NCBI GenBank assembly: GCA_951406725.2
Contig: OX597831.1
Location: 81,840,001 to 81,904,000, forward strand
Direction of reading: 5' to 3'
Origin: Octopus vulgaris
Lineage: Eukaryota
Length of the DNA: 64,000 bases
Each line of letters begins with the position of its first letter. The stretch's first letter is position 1. The notes beneath the pieces were generated by a model that made no database searches, was not told the DNA's origin, and saw nothing but the letters and a program-made list of their open reading frames with translations. Below, piece by piece: positions 1 through 12,347 of this stretch. The position numbers and the translations under genes are program-made.

Positions 1-360
1 AATGAACTGCTGCAAGAAAGAGTAGGGAATGAGACATTTGCCAGTGGATGGTGGCAGTCAAGGATTTGTAGGTTGTACCCTGAGTAAGGCCTATGGAACC
101 CTGGGCTTTACAGAAAGAAGCAGCAGAAGAGCCATCAAATACAACATAGAGGTTGCTAAGAAAGCACTTCAATGGGCCTGGTTGAAAAGTGGTGATGATT
201 GAGGGTCAGTGGAATACCATTTGGACACTGGTCAAGGGTTGACCAATCTGGGTTAGATTGTTAGGATGAGGGTGGGTATATGTTGTAAGATGCAAAACAA
301 CAAGTCAACCCAGGATACAACACTGATGATGGGTCAAAGTATCTGTTGATGGATACAGAA
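1..360 (+). mobile_element. Decayed 3' end of a Hero-type (R2-group) non-LTR retrotransposon
   Basis: Frame 2 reads ...LPVDGGSQGFVGCTLSKAYGTLG...RRAIKYNIEVAKKALQWAWLK*, resembling the P.EVG.RGF...RAI...A...W.WLKR C-terminus of Hero ORFs; one in-frame stop; followed by a 3' UTR. Confidence 0.65.
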
Positions 361-468
361 CAATAAAAAATAAATGGATTACGTAATAGAGTAAATTGTG
401 TAATAATTTAAATGTTGATTGCATAAAATTGCTGAGTGTATAATTATGGATTAAGTAATAATATAGAC

Positions 469-474
469 TTTATT
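469..474 (-). terminator. Candidate polyadenylation signal (AATAAA) for SFXN5
   Basis: TTTATT on the plus strand about 1 kb past the stop codon; no transcript evidence. Confidence 0.25.
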
Positions 475-1485
475 GGTAATAATTAAAATAACAAGATTTG
501 CAGCTAACTCTACTAAATAAGTGGACACATCTGAAGGTATTGGTATAAAAATGAAAAATACAAAAATGTATTGCTGTAGTTATTGTTTAGCCCCAGGTCA
601 GCCCTGAGCAAGCAGACCAAAGGTGAAAGACATTCCAGCCTTGACCATTCTGTCATTTTGTATATTTTGGACTACATTGTTTTTTATGTTTCCTTTGTTT
701 TAAGGTGGTAAGTGTAATTTGAGGGGAATTTGGCTGCTAGTTTTAGCAATGTGGGCAGCAAAGTGATTTTGTTACTCAGATGTATGTATGTATGTGTGGA
801 TATGCTGTGTAGAGTCAATACTCCGTGCTTGTGTGTGGTAAAAATAATAAGTGTTTTTTAAGGCTACACTAAGTGTCTCAACTGATGTAAGTCAGAGACT
901 GCTTACAGTAGAATCATGATGGAAATTCATAGAAATAACGAATAAAAGCAAAATATCTTTGGAATGAAAAAAAAAATACAAAAGAAAAATGATTCTTCAT
1001 CATCATCCTCATCCTCCTCCTCATCATCATCATCATTATTATCACTATCATTATCATCAACAAGCTCATTTCACATCTGCTTTTCTGATGCTTGTAATGG
1101 GTTGGATGAAAAAACAAAATATCAAAATATATTTTCAAATGTATGAACTGACAGTTCTCTATGTGTGTATGCATATAGGTATGTGTGTGTGAGTGTGTGT
1201 TTATGTGTTTATGTGTGTGTATTATGTAGACATATGTGTGTGTGTGTATACATGTGTATATATCTGTGTGTGTAATTTTGTTCACCTATGTATGTGTGTG
1301 TGTTTGCAGGCATGTTTTTATATGCAATGTGAATACATGCTGTTTTTCATTATCTACATTGTGTGTGTATGTGCATGTGTGCATGTGTGTGTGTCTGTGT
1401 GTGTGTACATATATATATAAGTATAACTATATCTACACATGTATATGCTTCTATACACACGAGTCCCTAATCTAGAGCCGAACGC

Positions 1486-1563
1486 TCACAAACCCTTGTT
1501 GCAGTAGACATACTCCTCTGTTGTTAAACCACGAATCTCAGCTTCCATTTTCTCAACACGGAT
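1486..1563 (-). CDS. SFXN5: SFXN5 last coding exon ([25 protein letters not shown])
   Basis: Acceptor ctcttacag, ends NKGL-TGA as typical of sideroflexins. Confidence 0.93.
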   Translation of the reverse strand: MRVEKMEAEIRGLTTEEYVYCNKGL

Positions 1564-4500
1564 CTGTAAGAGAGAAATCACAACATCAGAGAACAACTAG
1601 ATGCAACTGGTTAATTACTGGTACTGCTTTGTATGCATGAGCTATTGTTGTATATTAGAGTTGTTGTTGTTGTTGAGTCATCAGTCAAATCTAATTAATC
1701 AGACCTATGATTCCAGCCATGACCATCCTGTCCTTTACGGATATCTACAACTATATTAAACAATGCATGGCTCTTTTTGATTTTAAAGATGGCACACTGA
1801 GCTTTTAGAAAGATTTGGCTGTTATTTCTAATAGTTCGGCAACCACATAGAGAGTGCCTTGTTAGCTTCTATTTCATTATTACACACACACACACACACA
1901 CAGGTACATATACACTATACAAATACACATACATTATATTCATTCAAGTACATATTTGAATGGAGAATTATGAGAGGCAGGATTTTCCAGATGGATGCTC
2001 TTCCAGTCACGAACCCTCACCCGTCTTTCAAATAGGAAATTTCTTTGTTCCTAATGTCTTCAAAAGTCCAAAGTAAATGGTTAGAATGTCAACATGATTA
2101 TTGCTTCACTTGAGTGGTGACAAATATTATATGTGTGTTTGTATGTGTGTTTGTGTGTGTGTTTGTGTGTGTAAATTCAAAAGATCTCAGGTATTGGAAA
2201 CTAATTCAAACACAGGAATACCAGAAATTAATTGGGAATTGTTAGAAGGAAAAGGAAAAAGAAGAGGTTGTTTGACGAGAAATAAGACAAAGATCGGAAT
2301 ATTTTCGGTATAAGTTGGATTGTAAACTTTTTGATGAAGGGCCAGAGTGTATAAATGTATGTTTAAAGTAAAATGTATGTTTAAAGTAGCTTTTAAGACA
2401 ATGGCTGACAGAAACAACAAGACTGAATGATGTTTCACAGCATTGATGATCTCTCAGTCAAGGGAGATAATACACTAGAAATTCAAGTGCTTTGCCAGTA
2501 ACAGTCAGCAGTTATGGGTGCAGTAAGTATACCATCATCATCATCGTCATCATTTAACATCCGCTTTCCATGCTAGCATGGGTTGGACGAATGACTGAGG
2601 ACTGGCGAACCAGATGGCTGCACCAGACTCCAATCTGATCTGGCAGAGTTTCTACAGCTGGATGCCCTTTCTAATGCCAACCACTCTGAGAGTGTAGTGG
2701 GTGCTTTTATGTACCACCAGCACAGGGGCCAGTCAGACAGTACTGGCAACAGCCATGCTCAGATGGTGCTTTTTATGTGCCACCTGCACAGGAGCCAGTC
2801 CAGTGGCACTGGCAACGATCTCGCTCAAATGTTTCACATGCCACCAGCACAAGTGCTAATAAGGCAACGCAGTAACGATCACGCTCGAATGGTGTGCTTA
2901 ACGTGCCATCGGCACAAAGGTCAGCTTGTTGCTCTGGCAACGATCTCACTCGTATGGTACTCTTAGCGCTCCACTAGCAACGGATGCCAGTCACCAATGT
3001 ATATAATAAGTATGTATGCATGTATGACTAACTGGGGGTAAATGGATGTATGTATGTGAGTGTACTATGTGTCCCTCTGCATGTAGGTGTCTTTGCTGAT
3101 ATATGTATGTGTGCATGTGTGTGTGTAGATGCACTAAGTGCATCTACGACTGCTGTGTGAGTGTGTTCTAAGAATATTTACCTTGCAAGTCTGTGGAAAT
3201 AACGCAATTGCAACAGGCAAAGCACAACCAAACGTCAGGGTGCACACAGTAGCATTGAATGGTAGGTGCAGTTTCGGGTAGGTTCTCAGCAGTTTGGTCC
3301 TGCAATTCAAGAGAGAACATGGCTGAGTTAGAAATAATGGAATAAAGCAGGATAAAATAATGAGCAGTAATAAACTTTGAGTTTCTGAAGGAAAACTCTG
3401 AACCATAAAGAAAAAGAGAAGAATAAAGTGAGGAGATTTTTACAAAGCAACACTTTGCCTTCGACTTCACCAGACATTGTGCACTAAACACATTTATGTG
3501 GTCCTTCTGTTTCAGGGCTGTGACCCTCTGGGATTGTAAGCCAATCAGATTAATCTAGGAGAGCAGTCAAAAGTGGTGGGCATACTGGAAGAGGAGGACA
3601 ATGACGATGACAAAGAGGAGAAGAAGAAGAGGGAGAAGTGAGAGTGAGGAGGGAGGAGAGAGAAGATAGAGGAGAGGAAGAAGAGCGATGTGGAAGAGGA
3701 GGAGGAGGAGGAGAAGGAGGACCCCTATCATCACTTCCTGTACTTGACTGGTACTTTATTTACGAACACTGAAGACAGAGTTGACCTCAATGGGATTTGA
3801 ACTCAAACAATAAGAAATTCTACTCCAAAAGGCATCTGATGAAGTCACGATTGTTCCCCCTCCCCCAACAAGCCAGACTCTCTCTGCAGTGGAATGATGA
3901 CAAAACATTTGCCACCATACAACCCCCCAACCCCACCCTGCCCCATGCAAAAGAGATGAACATCAAGATTGTTACATCACACCCAAAGAGAAACTGACCT
4001 GCACAGCCGGCCACGACCTGACACCACACAGCCCAGCCCCTCATAAACCTGGCCCCCTTCAGCAGACAAATAGATTTTGCACCACAGAAACAGGAGATGT
4101 TTACCTCATCACACGGGACCACATCTGACAGATTAGAATGATTACATCACAGCACCCTCACCAAACCACACGACTGGACATTACATCACCACCACCCATA
4201 CCTCAGGACAGAGGGGTCAAACGAGCTAGGTGGGACCAAAGAATCTTTATTACCCTTGTCTTTCCTGACTGACGATGAGTGTGATGGTGGTGGTGGTGGT
4301 GATGCTGGTGGTGGTGGTGGTGGTGAAATACAACTCCAAACGTTCACCTCCCCAGTAAAGTTTCACCTAATCATAAATATTGATAATTCCAACTCTTTGC
4401 CACAACACGTCTGGGATGTGACAAAGGCTCCACAACACAGCAGGGACCATCTCCACTATGTCTCCTACCTCTGCAATGGGACAAAGTTCCAATACAACAT

Positions 4501-4897
4501 ACACTTTATATATACAGAGAGAGAGAGAGAGGGAGAGAGAGAGAGATGTCATTCGAACATGGTTTTCCCCACTCAAAATTCAATAGTTTTCACACTTTCA
4601 CTTACACACACACACACACACACCAACCCTACATATCGCAACAGGAACAGCAGAGATATTTTTAATGAAGTGGAATAAGACAACCTGGGTCTTTGGTCAA
4701 AGAGTTCGACCACCATCACCACCACCACCATTGCTGTTGACTACTACTACTACTACTACTACTACTGCTGCTGCTGCTACTACTACTACCATTATAGCCC
4801 ACAGTAGTCTTTATTGACATCAATGTGATGGGTCAACCTTTTGAGTGCCGTTGTGTAACTGTTATAGAAAAGGTGTGACTGGACATGAAATATAAAT

Positions 4898-4938
<41 letters not shown>

Positions 4939-5446
4939 TATAGAGAGAGAGAGAGACAGAGGGGGGAGAGAGAGGGAGGGGGAGAGAGAGATGAAGTGGA
5001 GGGGGGTAAATACAAAAACAGAAGAATGGACAAAGACAGCTTGAGAGATCAAAAGACAGGTGAGACAGCAGAGAGAAGGAGAGATACAAGAATGAAGAGA
5101 GAGAGAGAGAGAGCAGGAGGTGGACAGTGAGAAAGATACAAGGTGTGTGTGTGTGTGTGTGTGTGTAGAATAATACATGAATATATAGAAACATAGATAA
5201 GTAGATGAATAGAGAAAGTGGGGGGGGGGTTGAGAGATGGGGAAGAGAATCACAATGTTCTCTATAAATATTCATTTCATAGCAACAACAACACCAATTA
5301 TGATGATAATAATAATGACTTATTTATAATAATCTCTTTTACATATATATATATACACATATATACACATATATATAGACATAAATATATATATATATAC
5401 ATATATATATAGACATATATATATATATATACATATATATATAGAC

Positions 5447-5485
<39 letters not shown>

Positions 5486-5709
5486 GACATATATAGACAT
5501 ATACATATACCTATATGTATACATATGTGTAGGCATGTGTGTGTATATATATACACACACATGCCTACACGTGATATTTATACATATATATGTGTGTATA
5601 TTTACATCTGCGTCTTTGAGAGGATGTGTGTGAATACATATACATATATATATATATATATACATATATTTATATATATATACATATATTTATATATATA
5701 TACATATAT

Positions 5710-5746
<37 letters not shown>

Positions 5747-7660
5747 TAACTTATTACATAAATATTTATGCAACATCCTACTTCTCTTTTCTCTTTGTGT
5801 ATGTGTATATATGTATCCATCCACACACATACACACATGTGTATGTACATTATATACATTAGATGAATATTTATGCAATATCCTGCTCATCTTCCTTTTC
5901 CCCATACATCTATATATATGTATGTATGTGTGTGTGTGTGTATATGAATCCAAGAATATGTGAGTGTAGTGTACAGTAGTGGTGGTGGTGGTGGTGGTGG
6001 TGGTGGTGGTAGTAGAGGTATGTAGCTGTTGGTGCTGCAGTTGAATATTCATGCCAGCTTCTGGAACAGAAGAGACAGGCAATGTAATATTAAATGGAAA
6101 GTAAGAAGTTTCTACCACCACCACCACCACCACCACCATTGCCGCCACCAACACCATCACCACCAATGCCACCATGACTTCCACCACACACAAAACACAC
6201 AACAAAAATATCTTGAATCACATTTCTGAGAGACATTGAACCATGAGACACAGGAGGTGGACAGTTCATTCCAGGTGAAAGAAAATAAGAAATATATTTA
6301 TTCATCATCGTTGTTGCTGTTGTTGTAGCTATCTTCATCATCATTATTATTATTATTATTATTATCATTATTATTATTATTATTATTACTAAGGTGGTGA
6401 GCTGGCAGAATTGTTAACACACTGGGTGAAATGCTTAGAAGTATTTCGTCTGTCTTTATGTTCTGAGTTCAAATTCTGCTGAGGTCAACTTTGCCTTTCA
6501 TCCTTTCAGGGTTGATAAAATAAGTACCAGTTGAACATTGGGGTCGATGTAATCAACTTAGCCCCTTTCCTGAAATTGCTGGCCTAGTACCAAAATTTGA
6601 AACTATTGTTGTTATTATTATTATTACTTTTAATCTGCAACTTTGTTACAGTCACTTGCCGAGATACACCCAGTGTCCTGGGGCGAGTGACGGGTAAGAG
6701 CTGTTACAGTATGGCTGAAGGCTTATGGAGGGGAAGTAGGGAAATATCTTCATGTAATACAACACAGACATTTAAATGGACAGGGTTTTTCTAAGGATGT
6801 GGGCAGTACTTGTCAGCACAATCTTTTGGATTTCTCTGAGACATGGTTCTCCTGGGATCTTACCTAGATACTCTGACATCTCTTTTTTATCACACCTAGG
6901 GCACCAACAATAACAGGGACAGTTCTCGTTTTAAGATGCCACATCTTTTGTATTTCAATTTCCAGGTCCTTATATTTATTCAGTTTGTCAAATTCCTTTA
7001 CAGATAGAATTTTATCAGTGGAAACACTTACATCTATTTGTGTACAAGTATTTTCTGTCCTGTTTTTAATAATTATGTCTGGTTGATGATTATTATTATT
7101 ATTATTGAGTAAGAGAGCAGCTCATGCCATCAAAGTGACACTGGGGTAAAATATACGAAGCCCAGCATACCCATCATGACTACCCATTTGATAAGGGTAC
7201 ACCAGGCACATGCATCACAACTATATGTGCGCAACATGGTGATCTCATATCAAGATAAACAGCGCACGACCTTGCAGGTGGAGCCCAGTTAGAATTTTCT
7301 TCAGGTTGAGTAGCCCATCCCGCTCAAGCGGTCCCTGAATAAGGGTTGTTTAAGGATGTTGAAAGAACCACCCATGTTTCCAGAGGTGAATTATTAAAAC
7401 CCCAAAGAATCCTTCTCAACACATGGCTATGATGCTCCCCCACTACTTCTGCTCGTGATCAGAGATGCAAATATCGTCAGCCACTAAGGGACATGCTCAA
7501 CTGGTTACGGTCAAACAACTGACCAGCAAATCTGTGGTATTGAGCAGAATATTTGCTGTAGCCCATCTTTTATACCAAGACAAAACAATGTACATGATAA
7601 CACTTCCAATCAGTTAAGATCAGAAGTCACGCGTGCCACTGCCTGGTACTGCATCAGGGC

Positions 7661-7708
<48 letters not shown>

Positions 7709-10700
7709 TTCCATTGTGGGAGTGGTAGAATCATTAGAGTAGACACAAAATGCTTTGCAGTATTCCTTCCAGTTGTTTAAATCATAAGTTCAAATCCAGC
7801 CAAGGTCAATTTTGCCTTTCATCCCACCAGAATCGATAAAATTAAATACCAGTCAACTATTGGGGTCCAAAGGTCTCAGCTAGTCTCCTGCATTCCTCAA
7901 AACTGCTGGTCTTGTGCCTAAACCAGAAATGACAACATTGGACCAAATGTTTGATGCTGTTCCTCCTGACTCTTTATGTTCTGGCTTCCGATTCCACACC
8001 TCTTCAACAGAGTTATTGTTTGTTCTTTAACCCCAAGTCAGCCTTGACTGAACAGACCTTATAATAAAAAGCATACCAGCCATGACCATCATGTCTCTAT
8101 TATTATCATGTTCAGGGATATCAGAGCACATATCATCCAAAACGTCATTTTGTAAGATGGTAGAGAGTAACTGGAGGGAGAACTGGCTTCTATTTTTAGC
8201 AGATAGAGCAACTATATTGAAGCTCCCTCATGAGCTCAACCAATTAATTATGTTGTGGTAAAGTGAGGAATAATTGATATAAAGACAAAGAGTGGCAGGG
8301 TTGGGGGGTGGGGAGTGGGAGAATTGGTAGGGTTGCCATAGAGATTGCCTTGTTTGTCTTTGCTCTGGTTGTCTGCCCAGAGAATAGGAAATCCTGTTGA
8401 GGTCAGGTTTGTTGTTCATCTTTTCTGGACATCAAATTCGACTTCTTAGAAAATGTGTGGGTGCATGTGTGCACGTGTCTATATGTGTGGGTGCATATGT
8501 GTGTGTGCATATGCATATATGTTCTGAGTAAACTGCATCCAGTAATGAAACTCCAGTTCAGGGGATCTGGAGCTGTGAGGAATGTGGAGTCAGCCCTTAT
8601 TTACCATTATTCTCAGATCCATTCTGACGTGGAATCGTAGTATCTGTCCCAGTGGTACTTTGAGCTTTTTTTTTAGATTCCTCTGATATCAAAGACAAAG
8701 TTAGATGCTGTAACATATTGAGCAACGAGATTCTGATACCCGGGTACTGTACCACATGTGGAACCTTTGCTATATGTATCATGTGACATATGGATATTAG
8801 GCTAGATGTGAGTACTGCACTGGGTGGGGTACTGTACTATATGTAGGTACTTTACTATAAGTAGCTCCTGTGGTACATTTAGGTACTGTACTTTATAGGA
8901 GTATCATACTAACTGTGAGCACTGTAGTATATGTAGCTTCAGTGGTACATGTGGGTCGGGCCTTTGTGCCTAATAAAGAATTAAGTAGTACATGTGGTAT
9001 TGTACTACATGTAGCTTCTCAACATATAACACTGGTGGGTCACAATTGACTGAGTTGATTAAGCTGTTGGATCCCTGCCATACCTCAACTACACACACAC
9101 GCTTTCAGGATGCCATGCCACTTCAAGTCAGAATTAAGCAAACAAATTCATGGCAGTACTTCAGCCCTAACCTTCAGAGACAGTTAAATGAATGACTCTT
9201 AGGCAAGTCCCTCTACATCACCCACACATTCAAATGGTTTACAGCTTAAATCACATCACCAATACTAGGATGTATTCATACCCAAAGCATATACCTCTTG
9301 CTAACCCCTTGTTGTGATAAAGGTACCGCCTTCACTGCAGTAAAGACCAATAAGACCATTGTTTGTATAACAAAATGACTTCAAATTGTATAAACAAGGA
9401 AGCAACAACAAGAGGTTCAAATAAGTTTGTTCAACCAAAATGAGTCAGTTTTGTCATTGCACCTGGACCTTAGACGAGGCTATGCAATACTGACCGGTAC
9501 TCAATTGTCCAACATAGAGGAATGGACTGTGAGAAGGACATTCTAACTAGACTGACTATAACAAATTCCTTAATGTCAAGGATTAATTACTATATGTAAA
9601 ATCAACTCGTTATTTCCTCTGCCTTCAGAGGTATTGTTTTCAGTTGTGTTTGTTTGCTTGTTTGTCGATGGACACGAAATCTCAAGAACTGCTGGATGGA
9701 TTCAGATAAAACTTTCAGGGATGTTTGGCCTCATGACAAGCATGAACTGGTTAGATTTTGGGATTGATCTGGTACCCAACAAGGATTCTGGATTATTTTT
9801 AAAGTTTTTTTTTACTTAATTATTGAGAGCAGTTGGGTTCATTTTTAGTATTCTCTTTTGTGAGAGCAGTTGAGTTTATTTCAGATATTCTCATTTTAAA
9901 AATAATCTCTGGCTAATCGTTGAGCGGACGTTGGTGTTGCCTTGGCAGAGGTTTTGTGCTCTCTGAGTGCTCTTGATATTATTAATGCAATCCATAACAG
10001 TTTGGATTCGATTAATTGGTATAAACAAGGATCAATGGTTGAATCAACCAACCCCCAGTATGTAACTGGTTTGTGTTCTATCAACCACTAAGTAATTGTT
10101 TCTAGCTTTGGTGCAAGGCCAGAAATGTCCTCCTACCCATACTTGACTGGTACTTTATCGACCTGAAAAGGATGAAAAGTTGACCTCGGCGGAATTTCAA
10201 CCCAGACTCTAACGAAATACTTTAAAGCATTTTGCGTTGTTTCTGCCTATGCCCTGCTTTAAATAATGACTTCTGATTTAGACACAAGGCCAGCAATTTT
10301 GATGGGAGAGGTTAGTTGATACGACCAACCCCAAGTGTAAGACTGGTACTTTATTTTATCGATCCCCAATGGATAAAAGGCTAAGTCAACCTCGGCGGGA
10401 TTTGAAATCAGAACGTAAAGAGCCAGAACACTGCGATGCATTCTTTCCACTCCGCTAACAATTCTGCCAACTCGAGTCGAAATGTCCACTTGAGGGCAAA
10501 AGGAAAGGAAAAGGTGAAGGGACATAACTCTGTTATTACAAAATGATAGAAATAAATATTTTCTACTTCAAATATTATATCACATATTTGAGATTTAGTA
10601 TAATAAGATCGATTCCCCAGTATGTGACTGGTACTTTATTTCACCAGTGGAAGGACGAATGATAATGTTATCTTCCCGTTTGAATTCAGAAAACAAATAA

Positions 10701-11637
10701 AACTACGCTAATACTACAAGGTATTTTGTCCCCTGCTCCACAAATTCGACCATTGAACCCCTTTTAATAACTGGTGCAACAACATAATGAGGGCACCCCT
10801 ACATGGGCACGAAACCTGCTAGAAATACAACTAAATTTCCCCCAAAACCAAATAAAGGCGACGTTAGATAATGTAGACATTGATGTACAAATAGACAGGG
10901 GTGTCACACCTGGAACGTCTTTGATCAAAAGTTTGCTCAATAAATATTAACCTGGAAATAAACATAAACAAAAATAACAATAACCAGTTTAACAAAGGGG
11001 CGTCTACACCATTTTGTCAACATGCTAGAAATAGCAGCCAAACCTCCTCATTACATCTTAATCTCTTAAAAAAAAGAAGGACCCACTGGACAATGTAACT
11101 CTAAATACACAAAAAGATGGGATGATCAAGATTAGTTCACTTTTCATCAGAGTTCTGCTCATCAGGGTTGACCTAGGGTTGAAAAATAACAACAACAAGT
11201 AATGTTAATTATAGCAACAACAACATTGGAGAGAAAAAATAATAATTTAGTGAACTCACTTTTCTAGAAGCGACATAATTAATGGTGGAATGATGAGGAT
11301 TGGTGCCGGCAGAAACATTCTGGTGAGGGCAGTTTGGAACAAGGCCTGCAAGAATACGAAGAAGCACAAAGTATTTCTGTAGAAAAGTTAAAGAAATTCA
11401 TTCATGCATGTAAAAATGTGTGTGTATACTCTTTTCTCTCTTTTTACTTGTTTCAGTCATTTGACTGCGGCCATGCTGGAGCACCGCCTTTAGTCGAGCA
11501 AATCGACCCCAGGACTTATTCTTTGTAAGCCTAGTACTTATTCTATTGGTTACCTATGCTGAACCGCTAAGTGATAGGGACATAAACGCACCAGCATCGG
11601 TTGTCAAGCAATGCTAGGGGGACAAACACAAACATAT

Positions 11638-11698
<61 letters not shown>

Positions 11699-12293
11699 TA
11701 GGCACAGGAGTGGCTGTGTGGTAAGTAGCTTGCTAACCAACCACATGGTTCCGGGTTCAGTCCCACTGCGTGGCATCTTGCTATAGCCTCGGGCCTACCA
11801 ATGCCTTGTGAGTGGATTTGGTACACGGAAACTGAAAGAAGCCTGTCGTATATATGTATATGTATATATGTGTGTGTGTGTGTGTATGTGTTTGTGTGTC
11901 TGTGTTTGTCCCCCTAGCATTGCTTGACAACCGATGCTGGTGTGTTTACGTCCCCGTCACTTAGCGGTTCGGCAAAAGAGACCGATAGAATAAGTACTGG
12001 GCTTACAAAGAATAAGTCCCGGGGTCGAGTTGCTTGATTAAAGGTGGTGCTCTAGCATGGCCACAGTCAAATGACTGAAACAGGTAAAAGAGTAAAAGAG
12101 AGTAAAGAGATATATACGACGTGCTTCTTTCAGTTTCCATCTACCATATCCACTCACGGCCTGAGGCTATAACAGAAGACACTTGCCCAAGGTGCCATGC
12201 AGTGGGAATGAACCAAGAACCATGTGGTTGGTAGGCAAGCTACTTACCACACAGCCACTCCTGCGCCTATATATATGTATATGTGTGTATATA

Positions 12294-12347
<54 letters not shown>

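Noticed and set aside
7600-7630. U2 snRNA-like stretch (ATCAGTTAAGATC) in the 555-bp repeat
   Set aside because: The match is too short and no other U2 features are present.
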